Of a stretch of DNA of 64,000 nucleotides, positions 8,797-17,696 are shown in pieces; positions within the stretch are counted from its first letter, which is position 1, and every line of letters begins with the position of its first letter. The DNA comes from a virus (taxonomy: Duplodnaviria > Caudoviricetes), in the IMG/VR virus record IMGVR_UViG_3300026085_000098, positions 9,707-73,706 of that record; one strand, 5' to 3'. The notes under the pieces were generated by a model. The model saw only the letters and a list, made by a program, of their open reading frames with translations, searched no databases and had not been told where the DNA came from. Made by a program: the position numbers and the translations under genes.

Positions 8797-8825
8797 ATAT
8801 TACTACGTAAGCAATTGATTGTCAA
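8797..8825 (-). promoter_or_regulatory. Sigma70-type early promoter
   Basis: TTGACA-N17-TAATAT. Confidence 0.65.
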
Positions 8826-8859
8826 GAATTATTTTACTGATTGTCAAGAATTATTTTAC
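8816..8859. repeat. Exact 22-bp tandem duplication
   Basis: tgattgtcaagaattattttac twice (8816-8837, 8838-8859). Confidence 0.95.
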
Positions 8860-8863
8860 GTGT

Positions 8864-9190
8864 TCATTCGACGTGACTCTGGACCGTTATGTCTAACACT
8901 TGCTGTAGACTCATTCCTTGGTATTGAGGATTTAATCTTACAACTGCTCCTGCTTCGTCATCTTGATCTCTTTTATGTAAACCAAAATAAATTGTTAAAT
9001 CATCTTCGTCAATATCTTCTTGTCTTTTATTTGCTGCCCAAAGTGCTGACATTAAAAGTAACGATACTGTCAAAGGTTTATCTTCTATTTTTCGTTTGGT
9101 AATATACTCAATAGTGTTACGTCTAACTTGAGTATAATAGTTGGCTCTTGCTGCCAAATCGTTAAGGTATTTTACGTTTTCTCTATCCAT
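8864..9190 (-). CDS. Hypothetical protein
   Basis: ORF track; coupled to upstream gene. Confidence 0.6.
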   Translation of the reverse strand: MDRENVKYLNDLAARANYYTQVRRNTIEYITKRKIEDKPLTVSLLLMSALWAANKRQEDIDEDDLTIYFGLHKRDQDDEAGAVVRLNPQYQGMSLQQVLDITVQSHVE

Positions 9191-9461
9191 TTTTTACCAG
9201 CGGAGAATCAGGATGGAACCAGTACAGAAGACTACCGCCAGCTTCTAATTGTTTTAATAGATCATCAGTTCTATAGAATGTAGGAGTGTGTCCATGCATG
9301 TGTACTTCCCAATTGTCACTACCGCCTTCGTTAAACACATAACCAGGCTTAGATCTTTTGAACTGGATAAATTTATAATCTAAAGTTTCCCCATCATATT
9401 CTGTAGGGTGTACATTATACTCTGCTAATAAGTGCAATCTTAAATCTTCTACGGTATCCAT
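9183..9461 (-). CDS. Hypothetical protein
   Basis: SD AGGAGA and late promoter (9478-9485) upstream. Confidence 0.65.
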   Translation of the reverse strand: MDTVEDLRLHLLAEYNVHPTEYDGETLDYKFIQFKRSKPGYVFNEGGSDNWEVHMHGHTPTFYRTDDLLKQLEAGGSLLYWFHPDSPLVKNG

Positions 9462-9483
9462 TTATATCTCCTACATGTATTTA

Positions 9484-9663
9484 TTACATTTCCATTTTCT
9501 TATCTTGGATTTGTTTACGTCTTTGAGGTATAAGAGCCTTTAATTCATTGAGTGCCTGTCGTGCTCTTACAGCACTAACCTTAACACCTTCTTGTTCAAA
9601 TTTTTCTGATTCTCTAATATAGGTTGTGAATAGGGCTTTTAGTTCATCATGTAAGTCAGTCAT
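9484..9663 (-). CDS. Short histone H1-like (Hc1-type) helical basic protein, 59 aa
   Basis: Hand-translated MTDLHDELKALFTTYIRESEKFEQEGVKVSAVRARQALNELKALIPQRRKQIQDKKMEM; TAATG overlap with PAAR gene; G.K.SA.RAR.AL motif. Not in ORF track. Confidence 0.7.
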   Translation of the reverse strand: MTDLHDELKALFTTYIRESEKFEQEGVKVSAVRARQALNELKALIPQRRKQIQDKKMEM

Positions 9664-9974
9664 TAATCACCAATTATTACTGTTGATTGAGTAGAAGAGT
9701 TTATTTTATTTGCATCACATGCATCATTTACTCTTGCTGCTAATGCTGCTTCAATGTATACACTACCACTACTTCCTGCTATTGAAGCAGTATGTGGAAC
9801 ACAGGTTATTCCTGAGGTAATTTCATGTGATACAGTATTATCGCCTAAACGACATGCTAGAATACCCTCAACATAAACAGTCGACTGGCCAGGACTTGCT
9901 AGTGTAGTTGTACCATCACAACCGTGTCCTGTCAAAACACCATCACCTGCTCTTGCTGAAAGGTTATCTGCCAT
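9663..9974 (-). CDS. PAAR-repeat spike tip protein (T4 gp5.4-like)
   Basis: Three PAAR-like repeats: ARAGD, ACRLGD, AARVND; His/Cys metal ligands; GSSGSVYIE. Confidence 0.85.
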   Translation of the reverse strand: MADNLSARAGDGVLTGHGCDGTTTLASPGQSTVYVEGILACRLGDNTVSHEITSGITCVPHTASIAGSSGSVYIEAALAARVNDACDANKINSSTQSTVIIGD

Positions 9975-10264
9975 TATACCATTTGTACTCCGGTTGTACT
10001 TGTAATATACTGCTTGGCCATTTCTGTGTCAGTTTTAGCAACAAACAGAATACTATGTTTATTTAACCTAATATCTGCACCTTGAGGTACAGTGAAAGCA
10101 TATGGACCTAAGCCGATACCTTGTTGTGTTGCCATTAGAGCAAGTGGTTTTTGAATTGTAAGTGTTGTATCATTTTCTTCTACAAAACGACCTACAATTT
10201 CATCACCACTAGTAATTTTTACAGTAATGGTGTCGTGTTTTTTATATGGTGCTTCAATTAACAT
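9974..10264 (-). CDS. Sm-like beta-barrel protein (putative)
   Basis: TVKITSGDEIVGRFVEE..TLTIQKP matches Sm1-type strand pattern. Confidence 0.5.
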   Translation of the reverse strand: MLIEAPYKKHDTITVKITSGDEIVGRFVEENDTTLTIQKPLALMATQQGIGLGPYAFTVPQGADIRLNKHSILFVAKTDTEMAKQYITSTTGVQMV

Positions 10265-10515
10265 TATAATGTGTATCCTGTTCCGTTATAGCCTGTATCT
10301 TCGATATATTTTACAAATTGCTCGTAGCCTCCTACTTTAAGACCGTTTACAACAATCTGTGGAAATGTACGTGCTTCTGGAAACTCTGTTAGCACTTCGT
10401 CTCTGTCAAAGTCTTTTCCCAGTTCTCTGTATTTAAATGGATAGTTATATTTCTCGCATAATGCTTTTGCTTTTGTGCATGACGGACATGCTGGTTTACC
10501 CCAAATGTATATCAT
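10264..10515 (-). CDS. nrdC: Glutaredoxin (RNR electron donor)
   Basis: CPSC active site, RTFPQI, VGGY; adjacent to nrdB. Confidence 0.9.
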   Translation of the reverse strand: MIYIWGKPACPSCTKAKALCEKYNYPFKYRELGKDFDRDEVLTEFPEARTFPQIVVNGLKVGGYEQFVKYIEDTGYNGTGYTL

Positions 10516-11639
10516 AGTGAAAATCCTTTGAATGTATCTTCTGTTACGTCTTGTTTTGTACCACCGTTGATGTAACTGGTGATTTCTGTTTCTTGTGGAG
10601 CCACTTGTACGTCTGCACCACTAATCCATTTTTGTGTCCAAGGTAACGGATTTGTTTTGATTGTGTAAGGTGACTTTAATGCAACGTTTGTCATTCTGCG
10701 TGTGCAAATAAATTCAATGTAGTCACTTAGTAGTTGTGTGTTAAGTCCGATCATCGAACCATCTTTAAACAAATACTCTGCCCATGCTTTTTCTTGATCA
10801 ACTGCATCTACAAACATCTGAACGCATTCTTGTTCTGTTTCTTCTGCAATTTTAGCAAAGTCAGGATCATCTTTCTTAAGAAGTTTTAGCAACATCTGTG
10901 TTGATGCAAGATGTAGGTTTTCATCACGAGCAATTAGTTTGATAATCTTCGCATTACCTTCCATCTTCTTAAGTTCTGCAAACGCCCATGAGCAAGCAAA
11001 CGAAACATAAAAACGGACGCCTTCCAAAATGTTGACACTCATTAAGGTAAGCCAAAGCAGTTTTTTCATTTCATACAAATCAACTTTTACTTTTTTACCA
11101 TTGACAGTATGTGTGCCTTCACCTAGTAGATTGTAATAGCCTGACAGGTTAATCAATTGATCATAGTATTTTGAAATGTCACCTGCACAGTCTACAATTT
11201 CTTCAATGTTCATTAGTTCATCAAAAATTTTACTCGGGTTGCTGTAAACATTGCGGATGATATGTGTATAAGAACGTGAGTGAATAGTTTCTGAAAACGT
11301 CCATGTCATAATCCAATTTTCTAATTCAGGCAAAGAAACGATAGAACCAAATGCTTCTGCTGGTGCACGACCTTGTACTGAATCTAATAGAATTTGACGT
11401 TTTAGGTTTGACGTAAAGATATGCTGTTCAAAGTCTGTTAAGCCTTTAAAGTCTTTTGCATCTTTATAGATATCAACTTCTTCCGGGCGCCAAAAGAAGC
11501 CCAGTTGTTTATCAGTCAATTGATCAAACTGTTTATATTTCAGTGTGTCATATCGCTGAATTGTCGGGCCGCCTGTAGGATCTAAAAATGCTAGAACCTG
11601 TGTATGGTCGGCACGGTTAGTTGTGTCAAAAACGCTCAT
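10512..11639 (-). CDS. nrdB: Ribonucleotide reductase class Ia beta subunit
   Basis: FWRPEEV, ETIHSRSY (radical Tyr), ILEGVRFY, RDENLH. Confidence 0.97.
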   Translation of the reverse strand: MSVFDTTNRADHTQVLAFLDPTGGPTIQRYDTLKYKQFDQLTDKQLGFFWRPEEVDIYKDAKDFKGLTDFEQHIFTSNLKRQILLDSVQGRAPAEAFGSIVSLPELENWIMTWTFSETIHSRSYTHIIRNVYSNPSKIFDELMNIEEIVDCAGDISKYYDQLINLSGYYNLLGEGTHTVNGKKVKVDLYEMKKLLWLTLMSVNILEGVRFYVSFACSWAFAELKKMEGNAKIIKLIARDENLHLASTQMLLKLLKKDDPDFAKIAEETEQECVQMFVDAVDQEKAWAEYLFKDGSMIGLNTQLLSDYIEFICTRRMTNVALKSPYTIKTNPLPWTQKWISGADVQVAPQETEITSYINGGTKQDVTEDTFKGFSL

Positions 11640-11660
11640 GTGTGTCTATCCTTTTTTATT

Positions 11661-11688
11661 ATTATAATGATTTTAGGCTATTTGTCAA
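11661..11688 (-). promoter_or_regulatory. Sigma70-type promoter upstream of nrdB
   Basis: TTGACA-N16-TATAAT. Confidence 0.65.
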
Positions 11689-11689
11689 C

Positions 11690-12331
11690 CTATACTTTAA
11701 TTATCTCTAAAGGTTTGGATTGTTTCAGGAGAGAGTAAAATTTTTTCTTATGAACTGGGTGTTGCCTTGGATTTAATCTTTTATTGGGATGTCCTATCCC
11801 AATTGCCATCATAGGATCGAATTTTTTATTAGTATATCCATATAATAAATCTGCTAATGCATTTTGATCTAAACATATACAGTTACCTGTTCTTAGACCA
11901 ATTCTATTTGCTTCAAAGTTTATAATACCTGTAATTGTTCCTATAGCGATGTTTTTGAATTGTTCATATTCTTCTTCATCATCCCAATACTTGTGCATAT
12001 CTGTAGGAGTATTTTGGCATAGGATTGCAACACATGGAGCATCTACTTGAGGATTACCTAAAAATACTGCTTTGGGATCAGTTTGTTCTTTAAAAAACTC
12101 ATTATACTCTCTTACATGTCTTTGTTCATCAGGGTGACCTGATAGGCTATAAATATTTTTTATTAAATCTTTATTTTTAGTAAAGATCACTTTTACAAAA
12201 TTATAGCCATCTTTCATGTTTGCCCATTTTATACACTCTGCAAGATAATCTATAAGATGATCTGAAACTTCAGCATCATCGAAATTACGATGACAGATTT
12301 TCATATGTCTAATGTTTTCTAAATCACGCAT
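11690..12331 (-). CDS. Nitroreductase-family flavoprotein
   Basis: N-terminal RHMKICHRNFDDAEVSDHLIDYL, A.RIGLRTGNCIC, MAIGIGHP fit the nitroreductase FMN-binding layout. Confidence 0.65.
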   Translation of the reverse strand: MRDLENIRHMKICHRNFDDAEVSDHLIDYLAECIKWANMKDGYNFVKVIFTKNKDLIKNIYSLSGHPDEQRHVREYNEFFKEQTDPKAVFLGNPQVDAPCVAILCQNTPTDMHKYWDDEEEYEQFKNIAIGTITGIINFEANRIGLRTGNCICLDQNALADLLYGYTNKKFDPMMAIGIGHPNKRLNPRQHPVHKKKFYSLLKQSKPLEIIKV

Positions 12332-14634
12332 GTCTCACAGTACTCGTCTTCTTCAACTAAAGTATAACCATTTGCATCTGGCTCTTCTTGTTCCACAACA
12401 AGTTTTGAAATATCTAACTCTCCCTGCCCATCGTTTGTATTAAAGTAGTAGAGTTGTTTGCCTCCATACTTGTAAAACATAAGCAGGTGTTGTAACATTG
12501 TTGACATTGGAATCTTTTCATCATCGTAGAACACAGGGTTATAACTTGTGTTCACTGAAATACCTTGATCGATATATTTTTGTAGCACCGCCATAATTTT
12601 CAAATAACCTTCTGGCGATTGTTGGTCCCATAACAAATCATATTTGTTCTTAAGACGCTTGAATTCTGGAACTACTTGTTTCAGTACACCATGCTTTGAT
12701 TGCTTTACACTGATATATGCTCTTGGTGGTTCGATACCGTTTGTAGCGTTTGCAATCTGCGCACTTGTTTCACTCGGCATTAGAGCCATTAGTGTTGAGT
12801 TACGAATGCCTGTTTCTTTGAGTTGCTTGCGCAATCCTTTCCAGTCCATGCGTTCTTTGTGTTTCACAAGATCGTCTACATCTTTTTTGTATGTTTGATT
12901 AGGTGTAATACCTTGTCCATATTTTGTTTCTGGTGTGCCAGGACATGCACCTTGCTCTGCTGCAATATCAGCACTTGCTTTGATTAGATAGTAACTCCAT
13001 GCTTCAGCATATTCATCGATTAGTTCTAAACCAGCACTATTGATATTTTGATAATTAAGACCATGTTTTGCAAGCCAGTATGCAAAGTTAATAATACCAA
13101 CACCTAGCGGGCGGCGCTTTTCTGTTGAAAGTTGTGCAGCAAGAATTGGATAGTTTTGATAGCTTAGTAGTGCGTCTAAACCACGTACTGCCAGTGTACA
13201 TGCTTTTTCAAAATCTTCTGGTGTACGCACATTGCCCCAGTTGATTGCTGAAAGTGTACATAGTGAAATTTCACCCTCTGGATCATTCAAGTCATTTAGT
13301 GGCTTTGTTGGTAAGTTAATTTCTGCACATAAGTTTGACTGTCTAATAGGCGCAACTTCTGGTAGAAATGAGCCGTGGTCGTTTGCATTGTCTACATTCT
13401 GTAAATAGATACGTCCAGTACTTTTGCGCTCCTCCATAAACGATGCAAAAAGTGTAGCAGCAGGAATAGTTTTCTTACGTAGTCTAGTGTTTCTTTCTGC
13501 GTTTTCGTATAACTCTCTAAACTTATCTTGGTCGGCAAAGAAAGCATCATACAAACCAGGAACATCACTTGGTGAAAATAATGTAATGTTACCACCAGTA
13601 ATTAGTCTTTCGTACATTAACTTGTTGAACTGTACACCGTAGTCCATATGACGAACACGATTTTCTTCTGTGCCTTTATTGTTCTTTAGCACAAGAAGTT
13701 CTTCTGCTTCTAGGTGCCAAATTGGATAGTAGATAGTTGCTGCGCCGCCGCGCACTCCACCTTGGCTACATGACTTAGTTGCGGCTTGAAACATTTTATA
13801 GAAAGGAATAACACCTGTGTGATATGCATCTCCTTTGCGTATCGGTGAACCAATAGCACGAATACTTCCGCCACCGATACCAATGCCTGCTTTTTGACTT
13901 ACATATTTTACTATAGATGAACTAGTAGCGTTAATGCTGTCAAGGCTATCATCAGTTTCAATAAGTACGCAACTACTAAACTGTCTTTGCGGTGTACGTA
14001 CACCCGCCATAACAGGAGTAGGCAAACTTATGTCGTGTAAACTAATCGCATCATAATAATCTTTCACCCATTTCAATCTTGTTTCTTTTGGATAGTTTGC
14101 AAATAAACTTGCTGCAATAAGAATATAGCACATTTGTGGTGTTTCAAAGATCTCACCAGTTACTCTATTTTGGCAAAGATACTTACCACGCAACTGCTCC
14201 ATTGCAACATAGGTCAGGTTTTCATCACGCTCGTGTTTTACAAAGCCTTCGATTTTATCCCATTCTTCGTCGTTGTATGTTCCGAGCAATTCTGGATCAT
14301 AAAACCCTGCTTCTGTATTACGTTCTACTAATTCACGGACTGTGCATGGAGTATATCCGCCATAAACTTCTTTACGTAAATGATAATTGATAAGTCTACC
14401 GCCAACATACTGATAGTTAGGTGTTTCTTCTGTGATTAAATCTGCTGCGGCTTTAATCAATGTTTCTTGAATTTCGCTGGATTTCATTCCATTAAAAAAT
14501 TGGATTTGACTTTTGATTTCTACCTCGCTTGGACTAACACCAGTTGTGTCTTTACATGCATTAAAAACAACCTTATGTAGTTTTTCAATGTCTAGTGGTT
14601 CTTTTCGTCCATCTCGCTTGGTAACTTGAATCAT
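12319..14634 (-). CDS. nrdA: Ribonucleotide reductase class Ia alpha subunit with ATP cone
   Basis: Start MIQVTKRDG (SD AAGGA); FSSC, SNLCAEI, LYYFN, C-terminal CETC. Confidence 0.98.
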   Translation of the reverse strand: MIQVTKRDGRKEPLDIEKLHKVVFNACKDTTGVSPSEVEIKSQIQFFNGMKSSEIQETLIKAAADLITEETPNYQYVGGRLINYHLRKEVYGGYTPCTVRELVERNTEAGFYDPELLGTYNDEEWDKIEGFVKHERDENLTYVAMEQLRGKYLCQNRVTGEIFETPQMCYILIAASLFANYPKETRLKWVKDYYDAISLHDISLPTPVMAGVRTPQRQFSSCVLIETDDSLDSINATSSSIVKYVSQKAGIGIGGGSIRAIGSPIRKGDAYHTGVIPFYKMFQAATKSCSQGGVRGGAATIYYPIWHLEAEELLVLKNNKGTEENRVRHMDYGVQFNKLMYERLITGGNITLFSPSDVPGLYDAFFADQDKFRELYENAERNTRLRKKTIPAATLFASFMEERKSTGRIYLQNVDNANDHGSFLPEVAPIRQSNLCAEINLPTKPLNDLNDPEGEISLCTLSAINWGNVRTPEDFEKACTLAVRGLDALLSYQNYPILAAQLSTEKRRPLGVGIINFAYWLAKHGLNYQNINSAGLELIDEYAEAWSYYLIKASADIAAEQGACPGTPETKYGQGITPNQTYKKDVDDLVKHKERMDWKGLRKQLKETGIRNSTLMALMPSETSAQIANATNGIEPPRAYISVKQSKHGVLKQVVPEFKRLKNKYDLLWDQQSPEGYLKIMAVLQKYIDQGISVNTSYNPVFYDDEKIPMSTMLQHLLMFYKYGGKQLYYFNTNDGQGELDISKLVVEQEEPDANGYTLVEEDEYCETCVI

Positions 14635-14686
14635 TATCTTTTCCTTTTTAATAAAATGAGGCACCTACAACGCTGGTAGATGCCAA

Positions 14687-15112
14687 TTAACGTAACTTTA
14701 ATAATTGGTATTTATTATCTACAACAAGGTGGTCAGGTAAACTAGATGCTTTTACTGCTTTGCTTCTGTCAAAGCCAATTACAGCGTTATCTACACAAAG
14801 CAGGTGCATTAGTTCTGATTTCTCCCTATCAATGCATGTATGTATCTCGAATTGCTTCTGGGAAAAACGTTCGGTTAATTGAAGCGTATATGCTTTTCCT
14901 AGAATTGTTGCAAACTCGCAATACGAATTTTCGTAAATCAGTGTCCAAGGATCTGGCCACGTTTGTTCATCATATGGATCAATGTGTATACTGACTAAAG
15001 GTGCAGTATTATATAAATTTATTACATCTTGGATAGGATCCTTTGCAGTCTCCAAGCCTTCTCGAAATAATTTCCAAGCACGGAGTCTATCCTCATATTT
15101 TAAATCAAACAT
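14687..15112 (-). CDS. Hypothetical protein, possibly transglutaminase-like
   Basis: WPDPWTLIYENSYCE...MHLLCVD gives a possible Cys-His-Asp triad. Confidence 0.45.
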   Translation of the reverse strand: MFDLKYEDRLRAWKLFREGLETAKDPIQDVINLYNTAPLVSIHIDPYDEQTWPDPWTLIYENSYCEFATILGKAYTLQLTERFSQKQFEIHTCIDREKSELMHLLCVDNAVIGFDRSKAVKASSLPDHLVVDNKYQLLKLR

Positions 15113-16740
15113 TAAGACCTATAGTTTACTGTGTATACAAAATTATCGTTCGCTACTGGGATTGTGTTTTTTAATGTAATATGGATAGTGTCATCTGTGC
15201 CATCGCTGTTGTTATCAACAACAGATGCTGCCCATGTAAATGCTGTGTTATATAAAGCTGGCCCTGTATGTGTATATACATCGCTCAACTGTGGTGTTAC
15301 TAAACTTGCGTTATTAACAATCGAAAGTGTGCCTTCTCTTTGAATACCTTGTCCAGTTTCTGTATATAGATATTCAATTTCAATGACACCGTTTTCAATC
15401 AAAGGAACTTTTATCATTTCTTTAGCAGTGGTTTGTTGTCCAATTTCAAATTGGTTAGTAAATTTTCCTACTACTTTGGTTTGACCATCTACTTCTGGAT
15501 AGTAAACAGAATCAATAAAGAAGAAACCACCATCCGGGTTGTTAGGAAGTAACTTACCTGTTCTATCAAAGAAGTCTGTTTCACTTAGATTTGTGTTGCT
15601 CGAAAGTGCAATAACTGGACTTACTGTGCCGTCTGTTGTATCACCAAGATTTGTACCTACTTCAAAAAACTTATTATCTCTAGATACGTTGTATTCTCCG
15701 TGTACAATTTTTATACCTTCACGCTTTATCTGATCAAATTTACAATTTGATATAGTGCTAAACCGTGGACCATAGTTACTACCAGGAGTACCTAAACTCA
15801 TAGCCTCACCAAATGCCATTGCAACATCTCCATATGTAAATTCACAATCTTTCCATGTATTATCTCTAATATCATGATCACTATACACGTGATATTCAAA
15901 ACTGTCAATCATTATATTGTCAAACACATTACCGATACATGTAACTGAATCACTATCTGAGTTCATTTCGATTGCTTTTTGATTTCCTGTTGCTGATACT
16001 TTCCACTTACCTGTCATTTTAAGATTTTTGAATTCGCCAAATGCACAGTTGTTTAGGAATAGTATTCTTCCTGTTTCACCTTGATGTTCTAGATACATAT
16101 CACTTATACCAATAAATCTACACTGTTGTGGATTTATAGCATTGTAAGGCTCTGGACTATCTACTGGAATAACACCATTACCTGCATAATTACTGCTGAC
16201 TGTTTGAAACATAGGAGTGTTTGCCGCAGTCATTGTAATCTTCGTATTTTCAACACCTGCACCAATTAATTGTACAAACGGTGGAATCGGAATTGTTGCG
16301 TTGATAAAATAATTGCCTGCAGGAAAATATAATTTATATCTTAATGCACGATCTGTAAGTCCGTTTAAAAACAAAGAATCTATTGCTTGAATTAATTTTG
16401 TTGTAACATTTGTTCCATCTCCGATTACACCAAAGTCTGCAACAGAAACAAAATCATCTAATTTATCTTGTAAACTTCTTTTGTAAGGAGCACTCGTTCC
16501 CCAAATAGAACTAGTTTTTTTAAAACTATAAGAATCAGTAAAGTCAAATATATCATCATTTGCAGTTAGGATTTGTGTATTACCTACTGCCGGCGCACCT
16601 TCTGATACTGCGCCGTTACCAATGTATAATTTTTGTGTGTCAATTGCCCAACCAATTTCACCTGATGCGAGTTGTGGGATACCTGTTGTACCTTCACGCC
16701 CTCTACGTTGTTGAATTCTAGAAATTTGAATTACAGCCAC
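15112..16740 (-). CDS. Tail spike/fibre with Mtd-like N-terminus and pectate-lyase-type beta-helix
   Basis: IQISRIQQRRG...LASGEIGWAIDTQKLYIGNG; VSVADFGVIGDG; LYFPAGNY; late promoter CTAAATA at 16763-16769. Confidence 0.75.
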   Translation of the reverse strand: MAVIQISRIQQRRGREGTTGIPQLASGEIGWAIDTQKLYIGNGAVSEGAPAVGNTQILTANDDIFDFTDSYSFKKTSSIWGTSAPYKRSLQDKLDDFVSVADFGVIGDGTNVTTKLIQAIDSLFLNGLTDRALRYKLYFPAGNYFINATIPIPPFVQLIGAGVENTKITMTAANTPMFQTVSSNYAGNGVIPVDSPEPYNAINPQQCRFIGISDMYLEHQGETGRILFLNNCAFGEFKNLKMTGKWKVSATGNQKAIEMNSDSDSVTCIGNVFDNIMIDSFEYHVYSDHDIRDNTWKDCEFTYGDVAMAFGEAMSLGTPGSNYGPRFSTISNCKFDQIKREGIKIVHGEYNVSRDNKFFEVGTNLGDTTDGTVSPVIALSSNTNLSETDFFDRTGKLLPNNPDGGFFFIDSVYYPEVDGQTKVVGKFTNQFEIGQQTTAKEMIKVPLIENGVIEIEYLYTETGQGIQREGTLSIVNNASLVTPQLSDVYTHTGPALYNTAFTWAASVVDNNSDGTDDTIHITLKNTIPVANDNFVYTVNYRS

Positions 16741-16771
16741 TCGTCTTACTCCTTGCTAAATGTATTTAGCC

Positions 16772-16951
16772 TTATACCTTGACGAAGTAAGTCTGAGGAT
16801 ACCAATCATTCTCAGTTCCAGTTGGGGTTGTTACAGCAACAAAACACTTACCCGTGTCGCCGTCATTACGAACTTCTAAAATTGTTCCTTTATAAGTCGA
16901 ATATGGTCCTTCAACAAATTCTACATTATCACCGACTCTGTAATTTTCCAT
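16772..16951 (-). CDS. KOW-motif (NusG C-terminal domain-like) small protein, 59 aa
   Basis: Hand-translated MENYRVGDNVEFVEGPYSTYKGTILEVRNDGDTGKCFVAVTTPTGTENDWYPQTYFVKV; SD AAGGAG. Not in ORF track. Confidence 0.75.
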   Translation of the reverse strand: MENYRVGDNVEFVEGPYSTYKGTILEVRNDGDTGKCFVAVTTPTGTENDWYPQTYFVKV

Positions 16952-16972
16952 GATTTTCTCCTTGTATCGTAT

Positions 16973-17653
16973 TTATGCGTATTTTTCGTAATATGCATAA
17001 ACTCTATTCCACCATTCTTGTTCCCATTCGCCAAATTCATCTGGCCACAAATCAAACTGCTGGTACTCACCTGCACGACTACACATAAAGATATGTCCTT
17101 CACGTATGTTTGTGCCATGCACTTCGTTGTGTGCAATTGCATATGCTGTAAGTTGTAGGAAGTAATCTTCAACCCATTCAACTTTCTTAGGACGATTCGT
17201 CTGTTTAAAATCCATGATGCAAGGCTGTCCTTTGTATACTCCTACAAGATCTGTTGTACCTGCATACATCTGTGGAACATAGAGTGGAACTTCGCTACCC
17301 CATATCTCATCTACATGATCCATTGCATTTGCTTTAATCTGCTCTGCCATCATGTGTGCTTGCTGTGCATAAGGGTTGCTGCCAGGTTGTGGCCATTCTC
17401 CAAACTCAATGTAGTCTTCAAGATACTTGTGCATCCTTGTTCCTACACCTGCTGCTTCAGTTGTGATTTCTTGTGCTTTCTTTTCACCTACTCGTCTACG
17501 CCATTCGATAAGATGTGTCTTATCTTTTGTTTCGCCTAATATGGTAGTAACACTTGCTACTGGTGGGCCGCCTGGCGTTTCATACCTGCGCTTTCCGTTA
17601 ACTTCTACTCGTTTGAGTTTTTCGTATTTGTATTTTTCTAATATTAAGGACAT
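16973..17653 (-). CDS. PD-(D/E)XK exonuclease (phage/MGME1-like)
   Basis: SVTTIL, VGTRMH, SEVPLY, YAGTTDLVG, DFKQT, QLTAY; promoter TTGACT-N17-TATAAA immediately upstream. Confidence 0.85.
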   Translation of the reverse strand: MSLILEKYKYEKLKRVEVNGKRRYETPGGPPVASVTTILGETKDKTHLIEWRRRVGEKKAQEITTEAAGVGTRMHKYLEDYIEFGEWPQPGSNPYAQQAHMMAEQIKANAMDHVDEIWGSEVPLYVPQMYAGTTDLVGVYKGQPCIMDFKQTNRPKKVEWVEDYFLQLTAYAIAHNEVHGTNIREGHIFMCSRAGEYQQFDLWPDEFGEWEQEWWNRVYAYYEKYA

Positions 17654-17696
17654 AATATTTTATAGCATCTATTTTTAAATAAGTCAATATAATGTT

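Noticed and set aside
12319-14634. Intein or intron in nrdA/nrdB
   Set aside because: Lengths and motif spacing match uninterrupted class Ia subunits.
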